Positions 51,802 to 61,029 of a DNA stretch of 64,000 nucleotides are shown in pieces. Below the pieces are notes generated by a model, which saw nothing but the letters and a program-made list of their open reading frames with translations, was not told the DNA's origin and ran no database searches. Made by a program: the position numbers and the translations under genes. This DNA is from Terriglobia bacterium (GTDB lineage Bacteria > Acidobacteriota > Terriglobia > 20CM-2-55-15), in contig CBDAOY010000008.1 of assembly GCA_965198225.1 (NCBI GenBank), positions 1,088,001 to 1,152,000 on the forward strand, read 5' to 3'. Positions within the stretch are counted from its first letter, which is position 1, and every line of letters begins with the position of its first letter.

Positions 51802-52599
51802 ATGGCGCCTGAACTCCGCGATGCCGGCGGACTGAAAGGCGTTCGGGGAGTCCTCCTCGATCTGGACGGTACCGTCTACGAAGATAACGGGCTGGTCCAC
51901 GGGGCCGGCGAAGCCGTCGATTCACTGCGCGACCGGATGCCGGTCCGTTTCGTGACGAACACGACGCGGATGTCTCGGTCGAACCTCGTGGAAAAGATTC
52001 GCGGGATGGGATTGAGTGTCGGGGCCGACGAACTGCTGACGGCGCCACTGGCGGCCACGCGATGGCTTGGCGATCGAGGAATCCACGACATAGCACTGTA
52101 TCTGCCTGGGGCGACCCATGCCGATTTCTCCGATTTCCGCATCGACGCCGAAACGCCCGAGGTCGTCATCGTCGGAGACCTGGGTTCCGGGTGGACATTC
52201 GACGTCATGAATCACATTTTTCGGCAACTGCTCGACGGAGCTGCACTCGTCGCCCTTCAGCGGAATCGTTACTGGAAGAAGGCCGAAGAACTGGTCCTGG
52301 ACGCGGGCCCGTTCGTGGCCGCGCTGGAGTACGCCGCGGGCATCAAAGCCACGATCGTGGGCAAACCGAGCGTTGCCTTCTTCGAAGCTGCGGCCAGTGT
52401 GATGAAGGTTCCCCTGGAGTCGATCCTGATGGTCGGAGACGACATCGAGGCCGACGTCGGGGGGGTTCAAGACTGCGGCGGCCGGGGAGTCCTGGTCAAG
52501 ACCGGTAAGTTTCGCACCGCAGACCTGGAATCGTCCCTCGTCCGGCCCGACGTGGTGATCGACTCGATCGCGGACCTGCCGGGAGTCCTGGCGAGGTAG
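51802..52599 (+). CDS. HAD IIA hydrolase (LHPP-like)
   Basis: DLDGT, TNTT, GKP, MVGDD, KTGKF. Confidence 0.9.
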   Translation: MAPELRDAGGLKGVRGVLLDLDGTVYEDNGLVHGAGEAVDSLRDRMPVRFVTNTTRMSRSNLVEKIRGMGLSVGADELLTAPLAATRWLGDRGIHDIALYLPGATHADFSDFRIDAETPEVVIVGDLGSGWTFDVMNHIFRQLLDGAALVALQRNRYWKKAEELVLDAGPFVAALEYAAGIKATIVGKPSVAFFEAAASVMKVPLESILMVGDDIEADVGGVQDCGGRGVLVKTGKFRTADLESSLVRPDVVIDSIADLPGVLAR

Positions 52600-52605
52600 A
52601 AGTCG

Positions 52606-53147
52606 CTAGTGGCCTGTAACAGAGAGAGTGATAGTGGCGTTGCGAGCGCAACGGTACCGGATTTCAGTACCCGGTCCCATAGATAGGGAGCTTAACGTTC
52701 GGAGCGCAACGGCATCGGATTCTAGGAGCGACGAGGGAACGAATGCTCTTTCATTCTGAGTGAGGAGCGACAACGAAGACGATGCCGTTCCGCCCGAACC
52801 CTTCGGGCCGATGGGGGTTGGCGGCGATCTCTTTGTCGCTCGCCGCTCAGGATGAAGGGCCATCACTTCGCGCCTCGCTCCTCGACCTCGCCGCCAAGAC
52901 CCATCGGCGTTACGCTCCCTATCTATGGGACCGGGTACAAGGAGCGCCGCCCGAGGTCATGCTGCTTCATTGCGAGAAGGCGCGACGACGAAGACGGTGC
53001 TGTTCCGCCGCAACCCGAAGGGACGATGGGTCTTGCCAGCCACACAGAGGAGCTAGGAAACCGGCGTTTTTCGTGCTCCAACGACTCGCGAGAGGACCCG
53101 CAAGCCCCATCGGCGACGCTGTCACTATCTCTGTTGCAGGCCACTAG
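52606..53147. mobile_element. MITE with IS630-like termini (542 bp)
   Basis: CTAGTGGCCTGTAACAGAG..CTCTGTTGCAGGCCACTAG; interior homologous to the 48455 element in opposite orientation. Confidence 0.85.
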
Positions 53148-53509
53148 GGCGTGGACAGGACGTACATGTTGCCATCCGGATCTTTGAGGATCGCCGACGT
53201 CCCCCAGTCTTCCTTCTTCAATTCCTGCACGAACTCCACCCCCTTCTCCTTCAGCTGTTCGTACGTCGTGTCGATGTCGTCGGTCAGGAACGACAGGTTG
53301 GTAAACCCTCCGATGCGGTCCTCGTGCCCGTCCGGTGTGAACAGAACCAGACGCGTCTCCGCGCCGGGAATTCGCAGCTCGATCCAGCGTTGTTTTCCGT
53401 CGAACGGTTGGTCGGTAGCCACGGCGAAGCCCAGCTTTTCCGTGAAGAACTTCAGCGACCGGTCCTGATCGGTGACGGGCACACTGGCGAATTTGATGGC
53501 TTTGATCAC
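53144..53509 (-). CDS. VOC/glyoxalase family protein
   Basis: VTDQDRSLKFF..LGF, WGT..DPDGN. Confidence 0.9.
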   Translation of the reverse strand: MIKAIKFASVPVTDQDRSLKFFTEKLGFAVATDQPFDGKQRWIELRIPGAETRLVLFTPDGHEDRIGGFTNLSFLTDDIDTTYEQLKEKGVEFVQELKKEDWGTSAILKDPDGNMYVLSTP

Positions 53510-53587
53510 GATCCCCTCCTCGTCGTGAGACTCGAGGACTAACTTACGTCGTCGATCTCGTTGACCACAAGTCGCGAAACGCCTACT

Positions 53588-53920
53588 ATGGCAGTGATTG
53601 CCATAGCGAGGCTTCGCCCTTTGGAACAGACCAAACTGGACGGCTACATCCTTGATACGCTGATGCCGGATCTGGTCGGGCACGATCGCCAACCGGCCGC
53701 ATTTCTGGTGTACCTATACCTGTGGCGTAACGTCTCGGGAAAGAGACCGCACCGCCAGCGCAGCCTCCGGGAAATCTCCGAGGGCACCGGCCTGTCAAAA
53801 CGCGCGGTTCAGGAGGCCGTTACCCGGCTTGTCAAACGGCAACTGATCAGCGTCGAGCGGGAATCTACCACCGCGGTACCGAAGTACACGGTGCACCGGC
53901 CCTGGGCCCGGTACGAATGA
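53588..53920 (+). CDS. Winged-HTH protein divergent from the VOC gene
   Basis: SLREISEGTGLSKRAVQ. Confidence 0.75.
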   Translation: MAVIAIARLRPLEQTKLDGYILDTLMPDLVGHDRQPAAFLVYLYLWRNVSGKRPHRQRSLREISEGTGLSKRAVQEAVTRLVKRQLISVERESTTAVPKYTVHRPWARYE

Positions 53921-54501
53921 CCGAAACGCAAGGGGAGGAGAGCATGAGCGCGAATGAGGAAATCGCCACGCTGGGAGGTGGATGCTTCTGGTGTCTGGAA
54001 GCCGTGTACGAGCAGGTTGAAGGAGTGGCGTCAGTTCAATCGGGCTACACGGGTGGCGCGCGGCCGAACCCGACCTACGAACAGGTATGCTCCGGTGCAA
54101 CCGGCCACGCCGAAGTCGTGCAGGTCAGGTTTGACTCCACGGTAATCACGTTCAGGGAGATCCTTCAGATCTTCTTTGCGATCCACGACCCGACGACGCT
54201 CAACCGTCAAGGGAACGACGTGGGCACGCAGTACCGGTCGGCCATCTTCTATCACTCGGACGAGCAGAAGGCGACTGCGGAGGCAGTGATCGCCGAGATC
54301 GGGGCTGCCGAAGTGTTTGCGAATCCAATCGTCACAGAGGTCGTCCCCCTCGACCAGTACTACCCGGGCGAGCAACACCACCAGGAATACTATCGACGAA
54401 ACTCGAGCCAGCCCTACTGCCAGTTCGTCATTGACCCGAAGGTAGCGAAGTTCCGAAGCCAGTATTTCGATAAGTTGAAGAAGTCGGCCGCTGGCGATTG
54501 A
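53917..54501 (+). CDS. msrA: Peptide-methionine (S)-S-oxide reductase
   Basis: GCFWC, GHAE, HDPT, GTQYRS. Confidence 0.96.
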   Translation: MTETQGEESMSANEEIATLGGGCFWCLEAVYEQVEGVASVQSGYTGGARPNPTYEQVCSGATGHAEVVQVRFDSTVITFREILQIFFAIHDPTTLNRQGNDVGTQYRSAIFYHSDEQKATAEAVIAEIGAAEVFANPIVTEVVPLDQYYPGEQHHQEYYRRNSSQPYCQFVIDPKVAKFRSQYFDKLKKSAAGD

Positions 54502-55220
54502 GGATGGATCCCCTATCCCCATACGGCCGAGCCCTTCTCGATTATTTCCAGGGCGACACCGACGCCACGCTCACGGTGCACACCGATCTTGGCGAGCACG
54601 ACGCAATGCCGGTCGCGCTATTTTTCAGAACTCCGGACAACTTCTTTCCTTTCGAGCAAGCCGCCCTCGCACTGTGCCGCGGCGTCGTGCTCGACGTTGG
54701 TGCTGGCGCCGGGGTGCACACGCTGTATCTTCAGGATCAGGGGTTCGACGTTCGAGCCATAGAAGTCGTTCCCGAAGCCATCGAAATCATGAGGAAGCGC
54801 GGTGTCCGAAAACTGATCCAAAGCGATATCTTCGAGATCGAGACCGAACCCGTCGACACGGTGCTCATGATGATGAACGGACCGGGCCCTGCTGGAACTA
54901 TCCGGGGTCTCAAAGAGCTATTGATCAAGCTCCGGACGTTGCTGAAACCCGGCGGACAAATCCTGTTGGATTCAGCATCGCCTCGCCGGCGGAGTTCGCA
55001 GGACGAAGCTCCGGAACTCGAATGGCCCGAACGGATGAGTGACTATCTCGGTGAGGCGTGGGTCCGGCTGGAATACAAGGAGCAAATCGGACCACCATTC
55101 CAGGAGCTGTACGTCGACTACCGCACAATGGTCGACCGGGCCGCACCGGCGGGTCTTGCATGGGACCGCGTCTTCAGCGGAAATGAGGAAAGCTATGTCG
55201 CTCGTCTGGTCCGAAAATAG
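54498..55220 (+). CDS. Class I SAM methyltransferase
   Basis: VLDVGAGAG. Confidence 0.85.
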   Translation: MRMDPLSPYGRALLDYFQGDTDATLTVHTDLGEHDAMPVALFFRTPDNFFPFEQAALALCRGVVLDVGAGAGVHTLYLQDQGFDVRAIEVVPEAIEIMRKRGVRKLIQSDIFEIETEPVDTVLMMMNGPGPAGTIRGLKELLIKLRTLLKPGGQILLDSASPRRRSSQDEAPELEWPERMSDYLGEAWVRLEYKEQIGPPFQELYVDYRTMVDRAAPAGLAWDRVFSGNEESYVARLVRK

Positions 55221-55241
55221 GACAGAATCGAGGGCCGCCCT

Positions 55242-55823
55242 CTAATTGAGTCGAAGGATAGACAGGATGCGGACTGGCGGGGTCAGGCGTTGTTCTTCGT
55301 GCGGCGCCACCTGGATCTTCCGGACGACGTTCATCCCCCGAACGACTCTTCCGAAAGCCGCAAAGCCCTGGCCGTCGGGATTCCGATTCCCTCCAAAGTC
55401 GAGCGACGGCTGATAGTTGATGCAGATGAAGAAGTCAGACCGTGCCGTGTCCGGGCCTCCCCGGGCCATCGAGATGGCACCGTCGGTGTGTAGCATGCCC
55501 GTTTCGTTCGTCCGTTCCAAATCGATCGGTGGAAAGAGCTCCTCCGTACGTTCCGGATTGACACCCGCCTGGATTACTTCGATCAGGACCTCGTTGTTCG
55601 GCTGGTTATCCATCGTTACCGTCCGGTGAAACCGGCCGCCCGAGTAGAACCCGCCGTCCACATACTTCAGGAAATTCTCAACGGTCAGCGGGGCCTTCAA
55701 CGGATAGAGTTCCAGGTCGATGTTCCCCATTCCAGTCTCGATTCGGACCTGGACATTGTCCTGTCCCAGAGCCGGCACAGCCAGGACGGCAAGGCAAATT
55801 CCAAGCAGCAACATGCGAGTCAT
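55242..55823 (-). CDS. Cyclophilin-type peptidyl-prolyl isomerase
   Basis: APLTVENFL, FHR, SMAR, FFI, AFGRV. Confidence 0.93.
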   Translation of the reverse strand: MTRMLLLGICLAVLAVPALGQDNVQVRIETGMGNIDLELYPLKAPLTVENFLKYVDGGFYSGGRFHRTVTMDNQPNNEVLIEVIQAGVNPERTEELFPPIDLERTNETGMLHTDGAISMARGGPDTARSDFFICINYQPSLDFGGNRNPDGQGFAAFGRVVRGMNVVRKIQVAPHEEQRLTPPVRILSILRLN

Positions 55824-55946
55824 GACAGTCTCCTCTCGAAAGCCGCACTATACGTCACCGGGGCCGTTCGAGTTATGATCCTGTGTCCAAAAACGGGGAC
55901 ACCGGAGTCTGTCATTCTTTTATCGTTCCTATTTTCAGGGGTTTGA

Positions 55947-56657
55947 ATGTCGTTCAAAGTCGAGTCGAAAATATTCGAGATGTTCCCCGGCCTCCGCCTG
56001 GCCGTGGCCGTCGCGCGCGGCGTGGACAATTCGAACGAACATCCCAACCTGACCGAAGCATGGCACCAGGCATGGAATTCGGCTCCGGCTCAGATCGGCG
56101 GCGGCGATCGTCAGTCCCACTCCCGTATCAAGCCCTGGCGTGACGCCTGGAAACGGATCGGCGTGTCATCGAAGAAATTCCCCTGCTCGATCGAGTCGCT
56201 TGTCAAGCGTGCGTTGAAAGGCGGCCAGCCCTTCTCGATCAACCCGATCGTCGACTTCTACAACACCATCTCACTCCGCCACATCGCGCCGGCCGGGGCG
56301 TTCGACCTGGAGGAAATGAGCGACACCATCGAGCTGCGGCTGACCCGTTTGGAGGATACATTCCAGGCTCTCGATGAGAGTGACCCGGAACCCGTGCCGG
56401 AAGGTGAAACCGCTTACGCCACGGGGTCCGTCGTCCTCACGCGCCACTTCGTATGGAAACAGTCCCAGCAGGCACTGGTCCAGCCCACGACAACAGGTAT
56501 TTTCCTGGTTTCGGAAGTTCTGGGTGAGCTGCCCGACGACGTCGCACCATCGATACGGATGGATTTCGATGAAGGACTGCGAAATTACTTCGGCGTCGGC
56601 TGCGAGAGCTTCGTTCTGGATCGAGACAAGGTCGAAGCTTCATGGTCGACGGCCTGA
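55947..56657 (+). CDS. Stand-alone B3/B4 tRNA-editing domain protein
   Basis: SIESLVKR, INPIVDFYN.IS. Confidence 0.85.
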   Translation: MSFKVESKIFEMFPGLRLAVAVARGVDNSNEHPNLTEAWHQAWNSAPAQIGGGDRQSHSRIKPWRDAWKRIGVSSKKFPCSIESLVKRALKGGQPFSINPIVDFYNTISLRHIAPAGAFDLEEMSDTIELRLTRLEDTFQALDESDPEPVPEGETAYATGSVVLTRHFVWKQSQQALVQPTTTGIFLVSEVLGELPDDVAPSIRMDFDEGLRNYFGVGCESFVLDRDKVEASWSTA

Positions 56658-56774
56658 ATCCGACACGGAAGGACACGCTTTTCCGACCCTGATTTCGTAT
56701 AATACGTCCCAATCTCAATCGAAAACCTCCGAACCGGAACCGGTTTTTCGTCCACATTCGTTCCGCGACCTCCG

Positions 56775-59700
56775 ATGGACACTCGCATGCGGGCTACCGA
56801 GCGCACAAGGATTTGGCTCTTCTTCGCGATTGGCGTCTGCTTCCTGCTCAGCCAAGCAGTCATCGTTCTCGCCCAACGTCTTCCGATAACGAGCTACGCT
56901 CGCCGACGGGCTGGCTCATGAGCGCGTCAAGTGCGTTTTTCAGGATTCGAAGGGTTTCATCTGGTTCTGTACGCTGAATGGATTGAGCCGATATGACGGT
57001 TACCGTTTCGCGACCTACGGCACCGAAGACGGGCTCCCGCACGTTTCGATCAACGATTTCCTGGAGACGTCGACCGGCGAATACTGGGTCGCGACCAACG
57101 GCGGGGGCGTTGCCCGATTCGATCCGGAAGCTGCTCTTCCGTCCGAGGGGCCGTTGTTCACCGCGCACTCGGTGGGCGAGGGGACGCCGACGGGATCCGC
57201 GATGGACGACCTCGGGGGAAGGGCCGGTCCGCGACCGAACCGCGTCAATGTGTTGTACGAGGACCAGCGCAGGCGACTCTGGGCCGGTACCGACGACGGC
57301 TTGTTTCGTCTCGACGGGGCGACCGACTCGCCCGGGTTCCAGCGAGTCGATCTGGATTGGCCCCTCCAGCCTGGCCAGTTTCTAAATGTCTGGACTTTGA
57401 TCGAGGGTCCTGACGGCAGTCTGTGGCTCGGCACATCGATCGGGCTGACCCGACGGTTTCCTGACGGTCGTGTGGCGCACTACGACATGAGCCAGGACGG
57501 AGAGGAACGTGCCGTGTGGGCGTTACTGATCGAAAGTGAAAGGCTGTGGATCGGTAATGGGGCAGGGCTAACGATCTTGTATCCCGAAGCGGCCTCGACG
57601 GCCCACTCCGATGCTCGTGTGCCCTGGCGGCGGCTTCTGACCGACAAGTCCACACTGCCCTCAACGCCGGGCGAGGCGCTATGGGTGACACGTGCGGATG
57701 GGTTGGTCGACGAGCATGTCCGGACCATCCATCAAACCTCCGACGGGCGTGTCTGGCTTGGCACTAACGGAGGCGGGTGGATTGGCTTAGGCGGAGGCGG
57801 GCTAACCGAATTCGACGGCGGCGCCTTCAGGAGCTACACGCCCTCGGACGGGCTGACCGACGACATGATCATCGACCTCACGGAGGACCGCGACGGGAAT
57901 CTCTGGGTGGGCACCGCTACCCAAGGGGCAATGAAAATCGCGACACACGGATTCACGGCCTATGACGAAACCGACGGAGTGAGTAACACTCTTGTCGCGT
58001 CGATCTTCGAGGACCGAAACGGCGCTCTATACGCCGTGGGTCCCAGACCTGTCATCAATCGGTTCGATGGACGACGGTTTTCCTCGATTCGGCCGGTACT
58101 GCCTGATGCGCCCACCGCGGCCCTGAACAGATGGTATTACTCCGCGGTTCAAGACCGGGCCGGGGAGTGGTGGGTGGGGACCAGAGAAGGTCTGCACCGC
58201 TTCGCGAAAGCCGACAGGGTCGACCAGATCACCGAGCGGTATCCCAAGGCGATATACACAACCCATGACGGACTGGTCGGCAACCAGATCTCGACCCTCT
58301 ATGAAGACTCACGCGGGGATATCTGGTTTGGGACCGAAGATGAAGACGTCCTCACAAGGTGGGAACGTTCCACCGCGACGTTTCACCAGTACTCGGAACG
58401 GAACGGCTTGCCGGCTTCCGAGCGGCCGAATACGTATTCAGAAGATCGATCGGGTAACCTGTGGATCGGCTTCGATCGTGGCGGACTCGTACGGTACCGC
58501 GCCGGTCGTTTTGTGCAGTTCACGGACATCACCGGTTCCCCGAGGAGTCGGATCAACCAGCTGTATCTGGACCGGTCTGGAGGACTGTGGATAGTGACCG
58601 CTGCTTCCGGCGTGATCCGCATCGTTAATCCAAACGCGGATCACACCAAACTTGTGACCCATACGCCCGCCTGGGGACAGCCCGCTTGCGAAGCGAGGTC
58701 CGTTACAGAAGATCCGTGGAGACGCCTCTATATAGGAACGGCATGTGGCGTGGACAGGATTGATCCCACGACCGGCCGGATCAAACACTACACGACCGCG
58801 GACGGACTCGGCTCGAACGACGTGTTGACGACCTTCCGTGACAGCCGCGCAACTCTGTGGTTCGGTACGCAAGGAGGGATCTCTCGACTCATCCCGATAA
58901 AGGACGAGTTGGTACAACCGGCGCCCATCCTGATCCGCGGCGTTCGCATCTCAGGTCAGCCCTATCCCGTGTCGGAATTAGGAAACGCACTGATCCAAGA
59001 TATCGAGCTCACGCCGAGTCAAAACGAGATTGAAATCGACTACGTCGGCCTGAGCTTCGCCCTGGGCCGCCGGCTGCAGTATGAGTACATGCTCGAGGGC
59101 GCCGACGCGGACTGGAACGAGCCGACCGATCAGAACACGATCATCTACGGCAACCTGTCGCCGGGCCAATACCGCTTCCAGGTGCGCGCACTCGATGCCG
59201 ATGGCCGCAGGAGCCCGGCGCCAGCCGTGATGGCCTTCACGATCCTCCCCCCCATCTGGCAGCGCGGATGGTTCTTCGCCCTTTCAGCGCTACTCCTTTC
59301 CTCGCTGGCCTACACCGCGTACCGTTACCGCCTGGAACGTGTCCTCCAGGTCCAACGCATGCGCCTGCGTATTGCTGCCGACCTCCACGATGACATCGGG
59401 GCAGGCCTGTCACGGGTGGTCCTCCTGAGCGAGGTCTTGAAACGTGAGGCGCCGCTCGATGAGCAGGCGTTCGGCACACTGACAAAGATTGGCGACACCG
59501 GGCGAGAGTTGGTCGATTCCATGGCGGACATCGTATGGGCGATGAACCCGCGACGCGACGACTTGCGAAGCCTGGTTCTGCGTGTGCGACAGTTCGCGTC
59601 CGACTTGCTCGAGAGCAAAGGAATTGAATGGGAGTTTACACCGCCGGAAGAGCTCGAGAATATCAAGATCTCGCCAGATCTGCGACGTCACGTCCTGTCG

Positions 59701-59970
59701 ATTTTCAAAGAGGCGCTCCACAACATCGTGCGTCATTCCGAGTGCAAGTCTGTCTCGTTACAGTTTCTGTTGAATGGTGACTTCCTCGAAGCCGACATTC
59801 GAGATGACGGACGTGGGTTCACCAACGCAGCCGATGACTCAACGTGGAGGCGCACAGGCAGCGGGTTGATCAACATGCAGCAACGTGCGGTGGAACTGCA
59901 CGGGGAGCTGAAGATCGAATCGTCTCCGGGGAGCGGTACGCTGCTAAAACTGAGGGTGCCGGTCGACTAA
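56775..59970 (+). CDS. Sensor histidine kinase (propeller, Y_Y_Y, HisKA_3), frameshift ~56897
   Basis: D..G.LW.GT repeats, Y_Y_Y, ADLHDDIG, KEALHN, DDGRG. Confidence 0.9.
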
Positions 59971-60025
59971 CTCGCATGTCCATGCGATTGTGCCCCAACC
60001 CCGCCCGAGTTAGAGTGGACATCCA

Positions 60026-60697
60026 TTGAAACCGAAAGAGACGCGGATGACGGTGAACGAAACCATTCGAGTGGCAATCGTCGAAGATGAGGAAACCGTC
60101 TGCCACAGCCTCGGGGTGCTCATCGACGGCACTCCCGGTTACACTTGTGTCGGAATGTTTCCTTCAATGGAAGATGCACTCGAGCGAATACAGGATGACG
60201 TCCCGGACGTACTGTTACTGGATATCCATCTTCCCGGAATGTCCGGCACTGAAGGCGCGAAAGTCATACAAGAGCAATATCCGGCTGTTCAAGTACTGAT
60301 TCTCACCGTCTACGACGATGAAGAAAAGGTGTTCGAATCGATCTGCAATGGCGCCAGCGGCTACTTGCTCAAGAAAACACCACCTGCCCGGCTATTGGAG
60401 GCAATCCAGCAAGCCCACGAAGGCGGATCTCCGATGACCCCCGAGATCGCTCGTAAGGTTGTTGATCTTTTCCAGAAGACGGGTCCACCGGAGACCGTGG
60501 ACACGGACCTGACCCCTCAAGAGGTCCGGTTGCTAAGAATGCTGGCTGACGGCTACAGCTACAAAGCCGCGGCCGACCGGCTCAAGATCAGCATCAACAC
60601 GATCCGCGTCTACATCCGCAGCATCTACGAAAAGCTCCACGTCCACTCCAAGTCGGAGGCCGTGAGTAAGGCGATCCGCACACATATCATCGATTAG
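60026..60697 (+). CDS. NarL/LuxR response regulator
   Basis: VEDE, LLDIHLP, GYLLK, C-terminal HTH. Confidence 0.95.
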   Translation: MKPKETRMTVNETIRVAIVEDEETVCHSLGVLIDGTPGYTCVGMFPSMEDALERIQDDVPDVLLLDIHLPGMSGTEGAKVIQEQYPAVQVLILTVYDDEEKVFESICNGASGYLLKKTPPARLLEAIQQAHEGGSPMTPEIARKVVDLFQKTGPPETVDTDLTPQEVRLLRMLADGYSYKAAADRLKISINTIRVYIRSIYEKLHVHSKSEAVSKAIRTHIID

Positions 60698-61029
60698 CGC
60701 GCCACACATCTCCGAAGCAGCATTTATCAAAGGGTTTCCGACACCATCTCGGCAATGTGCTGAGACCGGAAAGCCGCATGTTCATGCGATTCTCCACGTG
60801 CTGGCCATGTCGTAGAAATTGGACTGACGTGACATTCACATGAGGCGTGCCACAAAAGCTCAGAATAGGCGATGTCGTTTGCGTGTCCATTACCCTCCCG
60901 TTTTCCGGCTCACGTCAGAACGCACTTGACTCTCCGGAATGACGTCTGTACGCGTATAATCCGTCTAAGTTTCTGTCCTAAGCCGCGCGATCGGAGAAAG
61001 CGGTCAGTCTCCTCGAACCGGTCCCGCGG

